Source: Williamsia sp.
GTDB taxonomy: Bacteria > Actinomycetota > Actinomycetes > Mycobacteriales > Mycobacteriaceae
DNA: 64,000 bases
Assembly: GCF_036566845.1 (NCBI RefSeq)
Contig: NZ_DATCVM010000115.1
Location: forward strand, 26,852 to 90,851
Direction: 5' to 3'
Below the pieces are notes generated by a model. It was not told the DNA's origin, ran no database searches, and worked only from the letters and a program-made list of their open reading frames with translations. A program made the position numbers and the translations under genes. Within the stretch, counting starts at the first letter, position 1. Each line of letters opens with the position of its first letter. Shown one piece after another: positions 8,544 through 17,884 of this stretch.

Positions 8544-10514
8544 ATGACTACGGCACACAGACGATCCATTCGCATATTTGCCGTGGTGGCCACGGTAAGT
8601 CTTGTTGCAATTCCGGCACTTCTGGTTCCCGCGGTGAATGCGGCGCCCGGTGATGGCGGAACACCAGCGCAGGCGCCGGTGGTGGATTTCCGCACGCTCG
8701 GCCGCGATTCGACCGTCGCGATATATGGCCAGGAGGGTGAGACCTCTCTGACCATTCCGGTCCCGCCCGGCCTCACCGCTTCCGAAATACAGGCGTCGGT
8801 GCAGGTACCGCCGAACTTGCAGCGAGCCACCCTCACCGCCACACAGGGCACCGAAACGCTCGCCCGCGTCGAGTTGCCGGTCGGGGCGCCGGCGCCGGCG
8901 CCGATCGCCATCGGATTGCGGGGCGCGGAGATCATCGACAACGCCGTCGATCTCACCCTGCGAACCGACCTGGTCCCGATCAACGGCACCTGCCTCGTCG
9001 ACACCGATCTGCCGGTCGAACTGACCGGTGCCGCGATCAACTTCGCCGGCACCGAGGCGACACCGGAAACCATCGCCGACTTCTTGCCGCCGTTGCTCGA
9101 GAAGCTCACCATCGCCATACCGGCCGCACCCACCCAGACGGAATCCGATGCTGCGGTTGCGCTGACCTCCTCCATGGTGGCCCGATATGGCGCACAACCG
9201 ATCGACGTTGCGGTGGAAGCGCTTCCCGACGGCCAACAGACCCTCGCGACCCCATCCGAGGCTCTCGAGCGTCAGATCACGATCCTCGAACGCCCCGCGA
9301 GCGCCGTGGAACTCGTTGGCTCTGTCGGGGTCCCGACCCTGCTGATCAGCGGGCCGGCCCCTGATCTGACCAACCAGGTCAACCTGCTCACCAGCAATCT
9401 GTCGCGACTGGCGATCAGTTCCAAGGCTGTCGCGGGCCCACTCCGGGTGACCCCTCAGCTGCCCCCGTCGTCGACGACCCTCGCCGACATCGGCGAACCG
9501 GGCCGAAGTGCCACGGCCACAACCAATCCCCAGGTCACCATCGGAATCGATCAGACACGACTGGGTCGGTCCGCGAAGGGCATCAGGGTGAACCTCAAGG
9601 GCTCCTACACGCCGTTGCCACCGAATTATGGCGGGCAGGTGGTGGTCTCGGTCGGTGACACCGTGATCGATCGATGGGCCGCCGAGCCGAATGGGATCGT
9701 CGACACCTGGGTCGACATCCCTGACGACCTCCTGCAGCGTTTCACGGACCTGACCGTGGCGGTCGACGCCGCGGGCAACACCGGCGGCTGCGGCGACAGC
9801 GCCCCGATCACACTCACCATCGACGGCGACAGCCCGGTCGAGAGCACAAACGCGAACCCGCCGCTCCCGACAGGTTTCCAATCGGTCCCGCAGTCGATGA
9901 TGCCGCAGATCGAGGTCGGGATCGGTCCCGACTCCTTCGCCGACACGATTCGGGCGGTCACCATCGTCGAAGGCTTGCAGCGTCTGAGCGCGGTACCGAT
10001 CAGCACCACGGTGGTCCCGCTGGAACAGGCGCTGAGTTCGTCGAACCCGGCGATCCTGATCTCGGCCTCGGGCTGGGATGACAACGAACTGACACTGCCG
10101 GTGAGCAAGCCCGCCTCCGGCCCGATCATGCTGACCGGTGTCGACGGCAACAACACCGAGACGTCGCTGACCCTGGATCCCGATGTGAACTTCGGGTCGT
10201 TGCAGACGGTGTACGACGGTGAGCGCACCATGCTGGTCGCCACCTCGACCGATGTACCCGCTCAGCTGGACCGATTGCTGAACTGGCTCGACGAGGACGA
10301 GGCTCGCTGGGTCACCGTGAACGGCGACGCACTTGTGCAGGCTGCGGATCGAGACCCGATCACCGTGATCACCGACAGCGCGACGCCGCAGCAGCAGTCC
10401 GATGACAACAACGACTCGGCCGTGCGCTGGATCGCTGCGGGTGTACTCGTGGTCATCGCCATCGTGGTCGCGATCATCGTGTTGCGAAGCCGCCGCCGCG
10501 AACCGGGGAGCTGA
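8544..10514 (+). CDS. Secreted, C-terminally anchored protein, BcsB/YdaN/PssE-like polysaccharide-synthesis accessory subunit
   Basis: N-terminal signal-like segment (RRSIRIFAVVATVSLVAIPALLVPAVNA), ~600-aa extracellular region, C-terminal TM plus basic tail (RSRRR); first gene of a GT2 operon. BcsB similarity is from architecture and context only. Confidence 0.5.
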   Translation: MTTAHRRSIRIFAVVATVSLVAIPALLVPAVNAAPGDGGTPAQAPVVDFRTLGRDSTVAIYGQEGETSLTIPVPPGLTASEIQASVQVPPNLQRATLTATQGTETLARVELPVGAPAPAPIAIGLRGAEIIDNAVDLTLRTDLVPINGTCLVDTDLPVELTGAAINFAGTEATPETIADFLPPLLEKLTIAIPAAPTQTESDAAVALTSSMVARYGAQPIDVAVEALPDGQQTLATPSEALERQITILERPASAVELVGSVGVPTLLISGPAPDLTNQVNLLTSNLSRLAISSKAVAGPLRVTPQLPPSSTTLADIGEPGRSATATTNPQVTIGIDQTRLGRSAKGIRVNLKGSYTPLPPNYGGQVVVSVGDTVIDRWAAEPNGIVDTWVDIPDDLLQRFTDLTVAVDAAGNTGGCGDSAPITLTIDGDSPVESTNANPPLPTGFQSVPQSMMPQIEVGIGPDSFADTIRAVTIVEGLQRLSAVPISTTVVPLEQALSSSNPAILISASGWDDNELTLPVSKPASGPIMLTGVDGNNTETSLTLDPDVNFGSLQTVYDGERTMLVATSTDVPAQLDRLLNWLDEDEARWVTVNGDALVQAADRDPITVITDSATPQQQSDDNNDSAVRWIAAGVLVVIAIVVAIIVLRSRRREPGS

Positions 10515-10517
10515 TCG

Positions 10518-12005
10518 ATGTCGGCCGCAGAATCAGGTCTGCTGCCCACCCTGCACCCCGGCTACCGAGTTGCGTTCCGCTGGACGCTGATCGGTGTCGC
10601 CACACTGATCGCGTTCTGGCCGAGCTTTCGCAGTCTCGCAGAGGAGATCGGTTCCGGCAGTCTCATCGGCTACGTACCGGCCATCCCCTTGCTGACGCTT
10701 CTCGCCGCCCAGGGGGTGGCGAGGCGACGCGGCGATGAGCTTCCCATCCACGATCGTCAGATCGACCTCATCGTCGGATTCATGGGCATGGTTCTGGCGC
10801 TTCTCGTCAAAGGTGTACTGCTCGGCCGCTACGCGGACCAGTACCATCTGCTTCGGCTCGACATGCTGGCCCTGTGGTTGTTCGTGGTCAGTGCGTCGGT
10901 GACGATGTTCGGCCTGCGCCCCGTCGCCCGATTCGCCTGGGTCTGGCTGCTGCTCCTCGCGGTGTTCCCGATCGGCTTCCGGCTCCTGATCATATCGCTG
11001 GGCGGAACCCGGTATGCGGCAGGATTTGTCATGGTCCTGCTGGCGGCGGCGGCCACCGCCCTTGCGGTCGGACGGACCCGGCGCCGCGCACTGCTGGGCG
11101 CTGCGGCCACCACCGCGCTCGGCTGCGCGATCGTGATCCTGATGATGCTGCTCTACCCGGACGTACGGGTCGTGGCGTACGAACTGATCCCATCGTTGAC
11201 GGCCGCCATTGTGGTGTGCTCGTGGATGTACCTGCAAGCGCGGCGTGGTGAGACGAAAGCGCCGCTGAACAGGCCGATAAACTCGTTGTCGGCGAAGACA
11301 ATCCAGCTCGGCGGTGCCATGGTGCTGGTGTTCGCGGTGTTGTTGTCACTGGTCGGCCTGCCCGCCTCCTCCTCGCCTCCGATCCATCGCGAGAATGCCC
11401 TACGCTTCGGCACACCGCTGATCGCACCGGTCGGCTGGCAAATCACCGACGTCACCGAGTTCAGCTTCGTCAAACGATTTTTCGGGCGCAATTCAACCCT
11501 GATTCGCCAATACCTCGTGGCGGACGAGGGAAATCCGGCGTGGGACAAGCTGTCGCGTCCGCGCACCGTGGTCATGGACAGCGTCGTATCCCGGCGGCCG
11601 ATCGTCTTCAAGGTCTACCCCGACAACGTCATCTATGACATGAGGGCGAGCCGGATCAGCCAGGGCCGCAAGATCGATCTCGGCAACGACATCATCGGTG
11701 AGCTCTTCACCGTCCTCGACGACACCCTGCACGTGACGTGGACGAAACTGACGTGGACATGGCAGAACGCCACCCAGGCCCAACGTGTCACCCTGCTGTC
11801 GGTTGACAACCACGATCCCGGTGCACCTTTCCCCGAACCACAGGATGCGCTGGTCGCCAACCTCAATACCGTGTTCTCCGTTCTCATCCGCGGCAATTCG
11901 GTGGTGACCAACAAAGACCCCAACTTCAAGGACGCCGGGATGCTGACCATGCTCGGACGAGATCTGGTGGCCACGCAGATCGACTCGGCGAAGGAAAAGT
12001 CATGA
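10518..12005 (+). CDS. Polytopic membrane protein, exosortase (EpsH)-like N-terminus with soluble C-terminal domain
   Basis: About 9 TM segments followed by a ~200-aa soluble domain; N-terminal spacing resembles EpsH but no ACSG-type catalytic Cys motif is visible. Confidence 0.45.
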   Translation: MSAAESGLLPTLHPGYRVAFRWTLIGVATLIAFWPSFRSLAEEIGSGSLIGYVPAIPLLTLLAAQGVARRRGDELPIHDRQIDLIVGFMGMVLALLVKGVLLGRYADQYHLLRLDMLALWLFVVSASVTMFGLRPVARFAWVWLLLLAVFPIGFRLLIISLGGTRYAAGFVMVLLAAAATALAVGRTRRRALLGAAATTALGCAIVILMMLLYPDVRVVAYELIPSLTAAIVVCSWMYLQARRGETKAPLNRPINSLSAKTIQLGGAMVLVFAVLLSLVGLPASSSPPIHRENALRFGTPLIAPVGWQITDVTEFSFVKRFFGRNSTLIRQYLVADEGNPAWDKLSRPRTVVMDSVVSRRPIVFKVYPDNVIYDMRASRISQGRKIDLGNDIIGELFTVLDDTLHVTWTKLTWTWQNATQAQRVTLLSVDNHDPGAPFPEPQDALVANLNTVFSVLIRGNSVVTNKDPNFKDAGMLTMLGRDLVATQIDSAKEKS

Positions 12006-13540
12006 TCGAGCCCAACGGATCCGGCCGGCCCCACAACGTCGGGATGACCACCGAAGGGATGGACCCCGACAGCGACGAATTCAAGGAAACGGCGCTGTTC
12101 GACGCGATCGAGGGTCTTCGCGCAGTCGACCCGTTGCGATCAGCATCCACCGCGGTCGTCGGTTGGCAGAAGGCGGTCCTGATCGGGTTCTGCGTGGTGG
12201 TGATCGGGTGTGCCATATGGCAACCCACCGCCACCGTGACGTTCCTGATCGGGCTCTGCACCCTGTTCTACGTGTGGTCGATGTCGGACCGGCTGGTGCT
12301 CTTCCGGCGTGGACTCGCGTCGGGCCCGATCACCATCAGCGACGAACGCGCGCGGGCCGTACCCGATTCCGAGCTCCCGACGTACACGATCCTGGTGCCG
12401 GCCTACAACGAACCGGAGGTGGTCGCCGACCTCATCGGGGCGATGGCCGCACTCGAATATCCCGACGAGAAGCTCCAGGTGCTGTTGCTCCTCGAAGCCG
12501 ATGACGAGGTCACGATCAATGCCGCCAAAGCGTGCGGCGACGTGGACACGATCACCATCGTCCTGGTCCCGGCAGCCGACCCACGGACCAAACCCAAAGC
12601 TTGCAACTACGGACTGCACCTGGCGACCGGTGACATCGTCACGATCTACGACGCCGAAGATCTGCCGGATCCACTGCAGCTGCGCAGGGTTGTTGTCGCC
12701 TTCTCCGAAAGTGACGAGACGGTTGCCTGTGTGCAGGCAAAGCTGGCGTTCCACAACGGAAGACAGAATCTGCTCTGCGGCTGGTTCACCGCCGACTACG
12801 GTCTGTGGTTCGGGTACCTGCTCCCCGGACTCATGCGGAGCAAATCCCCGATCCCCCTCGGCGGCACCTCGAATCACCTCCGGCGTTCGGTGCTGCGCGA
12901 GATCGGCGCCTGGGATCCGTTCAACGTCACCGAAGATGCCGATCTGGGGGTCCGGATCGCCGAAACCGGTTATCGCACAGCGGTGATCGACTCCGTCACA
13001 CTCGAAGAGGCCAACAGCGACCCGATCAATTGGATCCGCCAGCGTTCCCGCTGGTACAAGGGATACCTGCAGACCTGGCTGGTGCACGTGCGTCGCCCTG
13101 TCAAACTCTGGAAGGCGATCGGCCCCATCGGCTTCATCCGATTCAGTCTGCTGCTCATGGGCACACCGGTCATTGCGTGCCTGAACCTGGTCTTCTGGTT
13201 GATCACCGTGATGTGGTTCCTGGGCCAGCCGGCCTTCATTCAGGAAGTGTTCCCCTGGTACATCTACTTCCCGGCGCTCATCTCGCTCATCTTCGGCAAC
13301 GGCGCCACGATCTACATGAACCTGATCGCCATTCGTGAGGACGACCGGCCCGATCTGCTGATTCCGGCACTCACCGTTCCCATCTACTGGGTGATGATGA
13401 GCATCGCCTCGGCGAAGGGCTGCTATCAGCTGATCCGGAATCCGTCGTACTGGGAGAAGACTTTCCACGGATTGTCGGTCAAGACCGACGTGAACCCGGA
13501 TGACCCGGCGACCGTGGTGGAGGCAGGCAATGCTCGGTAG
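12002..13540 (+). CDS. Processive GT2 family glycosyltransferase (cellulose-synthase-like)
   Basis: VPAYNE, KPKACNYG, DAED (DxD), GGTSNHLR, TEDADLG, QRSRW (QxxRW); N- and C-terminal TM helices. Confidence 0.9.
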   Translation: MIEPNGSGRPHNVGMTTEGMDPDSDEFKETALFDAIEGLRAVDPLRSASTAVVGWQKAVLIGFCVVVIGCAIWQPTATVTFLIGLCTLFYVWSMSDRLVLFRRGLASGPITISDERARAVPDSELPTYTILVPAYNEPEVVADLIGAMAALEYPDEKLQVLLLLEADDEVTINAAKACGDVDTITIVLVPAADPRTKPKACNYGLHLATGDIVTIYDAEDLPDPLQLRRVVVAFSESDETVACVQAKLAFHNGRQNLLCGWFTADYGLWFGYLLPGLMRSKSPIPLGGTSNHLRRSVLREIGAWDPFNVTEDADLGVRIAETGYRTAVIDSVTLEEANSDPINWIRQRSRWYKGYLQTWLVHVRRPVKLWKAIGPIGFIRFSLLLMGTPVIACLNLVFWLITVMWFLGQPAFIQEVFPWYIYFPALISLIFGNGATIYMNLIAIREDDRPDLLIPALTVPIYWVMMSIASAKGCYQLIRNPSYWEKTFHGLSVKTDVNPDDPATVVEAGNAR

Positions 13541-15227
13541 CCGCCGCCTGAGCGCCATCATCTATCTCGTCACCACAGCGGTCTACCTGGGTGCCGGGTA
13601 CTTTCTCGGTGTCCACCACGGCTTCCTGATGGGCGACGCACTCTCTCGCGTGTCCGCGGCCCAGTCGGTCCTGTTCAGCCGCGATCCGCACGTCGCCGCC
13701 ATCGGCTTCATCTTCACGCCGCTGACCGCGCTGGTACAGCTCCCCACTGTCGGGCTCAGCGGCATCTGGCAGCCGCTGACCGAGTTCGCCTATTCCGGCT
13801 CGATCATGTCCGCGCTGTTCATGGCGGGTGCGGCGGTTCAGGTCTTCGGAATCGGTTCGGACCGCGCGCTTCCCCGCACCTTCACCCTGTTCATCACCGC
13901 GATGTTCGCGTTCAACCCGATGATCGTCTTCTACGCGTCGAACGGTATGAGCGAAGCCCCATTCATCTTCTTCGTGTGTTGGGCGGTCCGCCGCCTGATC
14001 GCCTGGGTCACCGACGACGACGTCCACCACCTCGCCACCGCCGGAATCGCGCTGGCGCTGGGATATCTCACGCGTTACGACGCCGTCGCCGCCATCGCCG
14101 CCGCGTCGATCCTCGTCGGCGCGATCACGGCGACGCGCAGCGCCAAGCACCTTCGCTGGAAGCGCGCGCTGCTCGACGGTGGTCTGATCGCCCTCCCCGG
14201 CTTCTTCGCGTTCCTCGGCTGGGCCGCCACGAGTTGGTTGATCACCGGAGAGGCATTTGCCCAATTCACCTCGCAGTACGGCAATTCGGCGATCATGCAG
14301 CAATCCGGGTCCGGAAAACCCACCGAGTTCGTCCCCGGCCTCGAGTTCGCCATCACCTCGACCTTGATGCTGGCACCGACGCTGATCGTGCTCGCGATCG
14401 GATCCGGTCTGGCCGGCTGGTGGCGACGCGACTGGCTCCCATTGTTGTTCCCGCTCCTCGTGTTCGGCGCGGTCCTCGCCTTCCAGGCGTACAGCTACGC
14501 CAGCGGATCGACCTTCGGATTCCTGCGGTTCTACATCCTCGCCCTCCCGATGGCCGCCACCATGGCGGTGCTCATCCTGCCCGCGCGAGCGTGCACCATC
14601 ACCAAGCGGCGCGGCAGATATGCCCCCCGCCAATCACTCTCCGCCGTCCGTCACCCGACACCGCGTCACATGACCGGCCGGAACCGGGTGTGGCCCGCAT
14701 TTGTCGTCTCGGCCCTCCTCCTCGCGGTCACGGTCCCGAGTTCTGCATGGGCGATGAGCAAACCGAAATACGCGCCGCAGGAATATGCCCTCGGCGCCAT
14801 CCTCGCGCCGGAGCCGGACAACGTCTCCGAACGCAAGGCGACCGAGCATCGCGTCGTCGCGACCTTCTCCACCGAGCGAGGGATCGCACAGTACCTCGAT
14901 GGGCTCAATCTGCCCGAGGGCTCGGTCCTCGCCGACACGGTGTACGGATTCGCGGTGGTGGTCGCCTCGACAAAACCCAAAACCTTTGTGGTGCCCTCAG
15001 ATCAGGACTTCACCGCGATCCTGAACGATCCGGCGTCGAACAACGTCCAGTACCTCCTCGCGGTGCCCAACACCGGGCGAGGCCAATCCGACGCGCTCAA
15101 CATTCGGTATCCGACGCTCTACGACACCGGAGCCGACATCGCCACACTCGCACTCGAAGTCCCCAATGACGGCGAGAACCAGCCGGTTTGGCGAATATAC
15201 CGGGTCCTTGCCGATGTCGAGAACTGA
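13530..15227 (+). CDS. GT-C fold membrane glycosyltransferase-like protein (ArnT/PMT-like)
   Basis: About 11 TM segments, GDALSR early loop, NGMSEAPF and LTRYDA motifs, C-terminal extracytoplasmic domain; start placed at ATG 13530 behind GGAGG. Confidence 0.65.
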   Translation: MLGSRRLSAIIYLVTTAVYLGAGYFLGVHHGFLMGDALSRVSAAQSVLFSRDPHVAAIGFIFTPLTALVQLPTVGLSGIWQPLTEFAYSGSIMSALFMAGAAVQVFGIGSDRALPRTFTLFITAMFAFNPMIVFYASNGMSEAPFIFFVCWAVRRLIAWVTDDDVHHLATAGIALALGYLTRYDAVAAIAAASILVGAITATRSAKHLRWKRALLDGGLIALPGFFAFLGWAATSWLITGEAFAQFTSQYGNSAIMQQSGSGKPTEFVPGLEFAITSTLMLAPTLIVLAIGSGLAGWWRRDWLPLLFPLLVFGAVLAFQAYSYASGSTFGFLRFYILALPMAATMAVLILPARACTITKRRGRYAPRQSLSAVRHPTPRHMTGRNRVWPAFVVSALLLAVTVPSSAWAMSKPKYAPQEYALGAILAPEPDNVSERKATEHRVVATFSTERGIAQYLDGLNLPEGSVLADTVYGFAVVVASTKPKTFVVPSDQDFTAILNDPASNNVQYLLAVPNTGRGQSDALNIRYPTLYDTGADIATLALEVPNDGENQPVWRIYRVLADVEN

Positions 15228-15252
15228 TCGGGAGACACCACACCGGTCGACA

Positions 15253-16416
15253 TCAGGATTGGCCCTGCAGACTCCCGACGACAGTGAGCAGCGGGTCTGA
15301 CGGCCCGATATCGAGGGTGCACTGGTCGGTGCGTGGGTCGGGCACGAACGACCAGAACAGGGCACCGGCCGTACCCGCGGCCCGCTGCGCCTCGACTCTC
15401 GTCTCGAGATCGGTGGCGCGCGCATCCAAGGGGCGACACGACCCGGCCTCCTGTCCGACCTCGGCGACGATCAGCGGCTTTCCCACCGCCTTGGCCTGCG
15501 TGATCCGCCGGGCCAGGCCGTTGTCGGAATCACCCGGAATCGGCACACCCACCGGCCCATAGTCGTGGTAGTCGAGCACGTCGATTCCGTCCGAGCCGGC
15601 GATGAACTCGTACTCCTGGCCCTGTGCGCCACACTGACCGCCACCTGCCAGGCCGGCCCAGACGGGGGTGTCCGGGTCGATGGCCCGCAACCGGGCTCCG
15701 GCCTCGTCGAAGAAGGCCCGCAACACCGCAGCGGCATCTTCAGGACACGTGCGGTCCTGCCACTCACAGGAATCGTCGACGCAGGTGCTGGTCTCCGGCT
15801 CACCCATCAGCTCCCACCCGGCCAGCGAACTCCGGTCGCCCCAGCGGCCGACCGCCGTGTCCAGCCATTGTGCGTAGGTCATCGCCTGTGCACCGGCCAC
15901 ATTCGGGACGGCATCAGGCCCGTCCCACTCGTCCGCATACCAGTCACGATCCTTGAATTCGAGGTCTTCACAAGCACCTTCACCCGACGCCAGCACCGGG
16001 ACCACAAATTGATCGTGCCGCTCGGCCGCGTCGAAGACGGCATCGAGCGGACCGAAGTCGATGAGCCCGGATTCCTTGTCGACGGCCATCGCCGAATAGA
16101 GATCGAACCTGGTGATCGACGGATCGGGCAGCGCCTCGAAATAGTTGTCCAGATCGACCTGGGCCCCGCAGCCCTTGTTGACGGTCCAGTCGGTGCCGAG
16201 CTGATAGGCGTTCAAACCGGTCGGCCACCAGGTGTCGCCGTCGAGCAGGAATCCGTCGCCGGTGGTCTCGACACGCGAACCACGCGGGGGCGTCGTGTCG
16301 GTGGAGCCGCAACCGGCGATCAGGACCGCCGCGGTCACGAACAGAGCCATGACCGTGCGCACCGGTCTGCGCCCGCCCGGCGCGCAGCGGCCGAAGGGAT
16401 TTGGGCGGCTCATCAC
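15253..16416 (-). CDS. GH5 family glycoside hydrolase lipoprotein (beta-mannanase/cellulase-like)
   Basis: Lipobox LIAG-C, WWPTGLNAYQL, WELMGEPE (acid/base Glu), DYHDY, IVAEVG (nucleophile Glu), LFWSF; true start uncertain (16350-16416). Confidence 0.78.
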   Translation of the reverse strand: MMSRPNPFGRCAPGGRRPVRTVMALFVTAAVLIAGCGSTDTTPPRGSRVETTGDGFLLDGDTWWPTGLNAYQLGTDWTVNKGCGAQVDLDNYFEALPDPSITRFDLYSAMAVDKESGLIDFGPLDAVFDAAERHDQFVVPVLASGEGACEDLEFKDRDWYADEWDGPDAVPNVAGAQAMTYAQWLDTAVGRWGDRSSLAGWELMGEPETSTCVDDSCEWQDRTCPEDAAAVLRAFFDEAGARLRAIDPDTPVWAGLAGGGQCGAQGQEYEFIAGSDGIDVLDYHDYGPVGVPIPGDSDNGLARRITQAKAVGKPLIVAEVGQEAGSCRPLDARATDLETRVEAQRAAGTAGALFWSFVPDPRTDQCTLDIGPSDPLLTVVGSLQGQS

Positions 16417-16518
16417 CGGATCCTAGTCCCGGCCAACCGGCATCGAGTAGATCTGTTCAACCGATTTCCCGCCCTTCGACGGCTCCGCCACGCCCGGACC
16501 GCTGTATTGTCCGGTGCG

Positions 16519-17856
16519 ATGATCCGACCCATGACACGCGCCGCCGCACTGTTGGTGGCGTCACTCCTGCTCACCGGTATCGGCTGCCCGGCCGTGTCCG
16601 CGGCCGACCCCGTGACCACCATGCCGCCGGCAGGTGCCTCACCGGCACCCGAAACGGTCACCGACACATGCCCTTACCAGACCACACCCGTTCCACCGGT
16701 CGACGAGTCCGAGGTCGTGCCCGCCGGTGACACCACGCCGGCCCCGCTACCGATTCCCGATCCGCCGGTCGGCGGCAGTGAACTCGGCGCCTGCGGGGTG
16801 GTACTCGCGCCGGGCGCGGCGCCGGCACCCCCGGGTCTGACCGCGGCCGGGTGGTTGATCGCGGACCTGACCGCGGGCACGGTGCTGGCCGCCAAGGATC
16901 CACACGGTCGGTACCGGCCCGCGAGCACCATCAAGGTGCTGCTGGCGCTCGTGGTTCTCGACGAACTCGATCTCGATGACACCGTCGTGGGCACGCAGGA
17001 CGACGACGAGGTGGAAGGCGACTCGGCCGGAGTCGGACCCGGGGGCACGTACACCGTGCACGACCTGCTCACCGGGCTGATGCTGTCGTCTGGAAACGAC
17101 TGTGCACATGCCTTGGCGCGCAAGCTCGGTGGCACCGAGACAACACTCGAGAAGATGAACACCATGGCAGCACACCTGGGTGCGCAGGACACCAGGGCCG
17201 CCTCCGCCTCGGGACTCGATGCCCCGGGGATGAGCACCTCCCCCTACGACGAGGCCCTCATCTTCCGGGCAGCCATGAAAAACCCCGACTTCGTCGAGAT
17301 CTCCGCGCAAGATCAGTTCCGCTTCCCCGGATATCCGGGCATGCCCACCGAAACACCGTCCGCATCCGACGACGGCTACTCGACCGAAACCATCCCGGAG
17401 ACCACGCCGACGGGCGAGCCGGGCATCGACCTCTACAACATGAATCAGCTGCTCTACGACTACGAGGGAACAGTCGCCGGTAAGACCGGATACACCGACG
17501 ACGCCCGCAAAACGTTTGTCGGCGTCGCCGAACGCGACGGCAGACAGATCCTCGTGGTCCAGATGTACGGGCTCAACGACAGCCCCGGCTCGTACTGGCG
17601 CCAGGCCGAGGCGATGCTCGACTACGGCTTCGCGCAGCCGGCCGACCAGAACGTCGGTGTCCTGATCGACGGACCCGAAGACCTGATCGAAGAACTGTCG
17701 GAATCAGACCCACCCGGCACCGGTGACAACGCGGCATCGGCCGACGCCTCGTCCGATGGACTGTCGGGCACGGCGAAACTGGCGGTCGGTCTGGTCGGTG
17801 CGCTGATCGTGGTGTCGCTCGTCTACGCCGGGCTGCGGCTGAACAGACGGTCCTGA
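16519..17856 (+). CDS. dacB: D-alanyl-D-alanine carboxypeptidase (peptidase S11)
   Basis: ASTIK (SxxK), SGN (SxN), KTG; signal peptide and C-terminal TM; syntenic with Rv3330. The long upstream extension in the ORF track is judged spurious. Confidence 0.9.
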   Translation: MIRPMTRAAALLVASLLLTGIGCPAVSAADPVTTMPPAGASPAPETVTDTCPYQTTPVPPVDESEVVPAGDTTPAPLPIPDPPVGGSELGACGVVLAPGAAPAPPGLTAAGWLIADLTAGTVLAAKDPHGRYRPASTIKVLLALVVLDELDLDDTVVGTQDDDEVEGDSAGVGPGGTYTVHDLLTGLMLSSGNDCAHALARKLGGTETTLEKMNTMAAHLGAQDTRAASASGLDAPGMSTSPYDEALIFRAAMKNPDFVEISAQDQFRFPGYPGMPTETPSASDDGYSTETIPETTPTGEPGIDLYNMNQLLYDYEGTVAGKTGYTDDARKTFVGVAERDGRQILVVQMYGLNDSPGSYWRQAEAMLDYGFAQPADQNVGVLIDGPEDLIEELSESDPPGTGDNAASADASSDGLSGTAKLAVGLVGALIVVSLVYAGLRLNRRS

Positions 17857-17884
17857 CGCCCCGTTCGCGGACCGGCGAACAGGC

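Noticed and set aside
8075-8653. 192-aa ORF (+) and overlapping short ORFs in the intergenic region
   Set aside because: No motif, atypical composition, overlaps the start of the better-supported 8544 gene in another frame.
15565-16518. N-terminal extension making dacB 763 aa (similar extensions on the aminotransferase, xth, SDR, D-TA, ABC ATPase, choD)
   Set aside because: The extensions overlap neighbouring genes; signal peptides, RBS or start/stop overlaps point to downstream starts, so these are not fusions.
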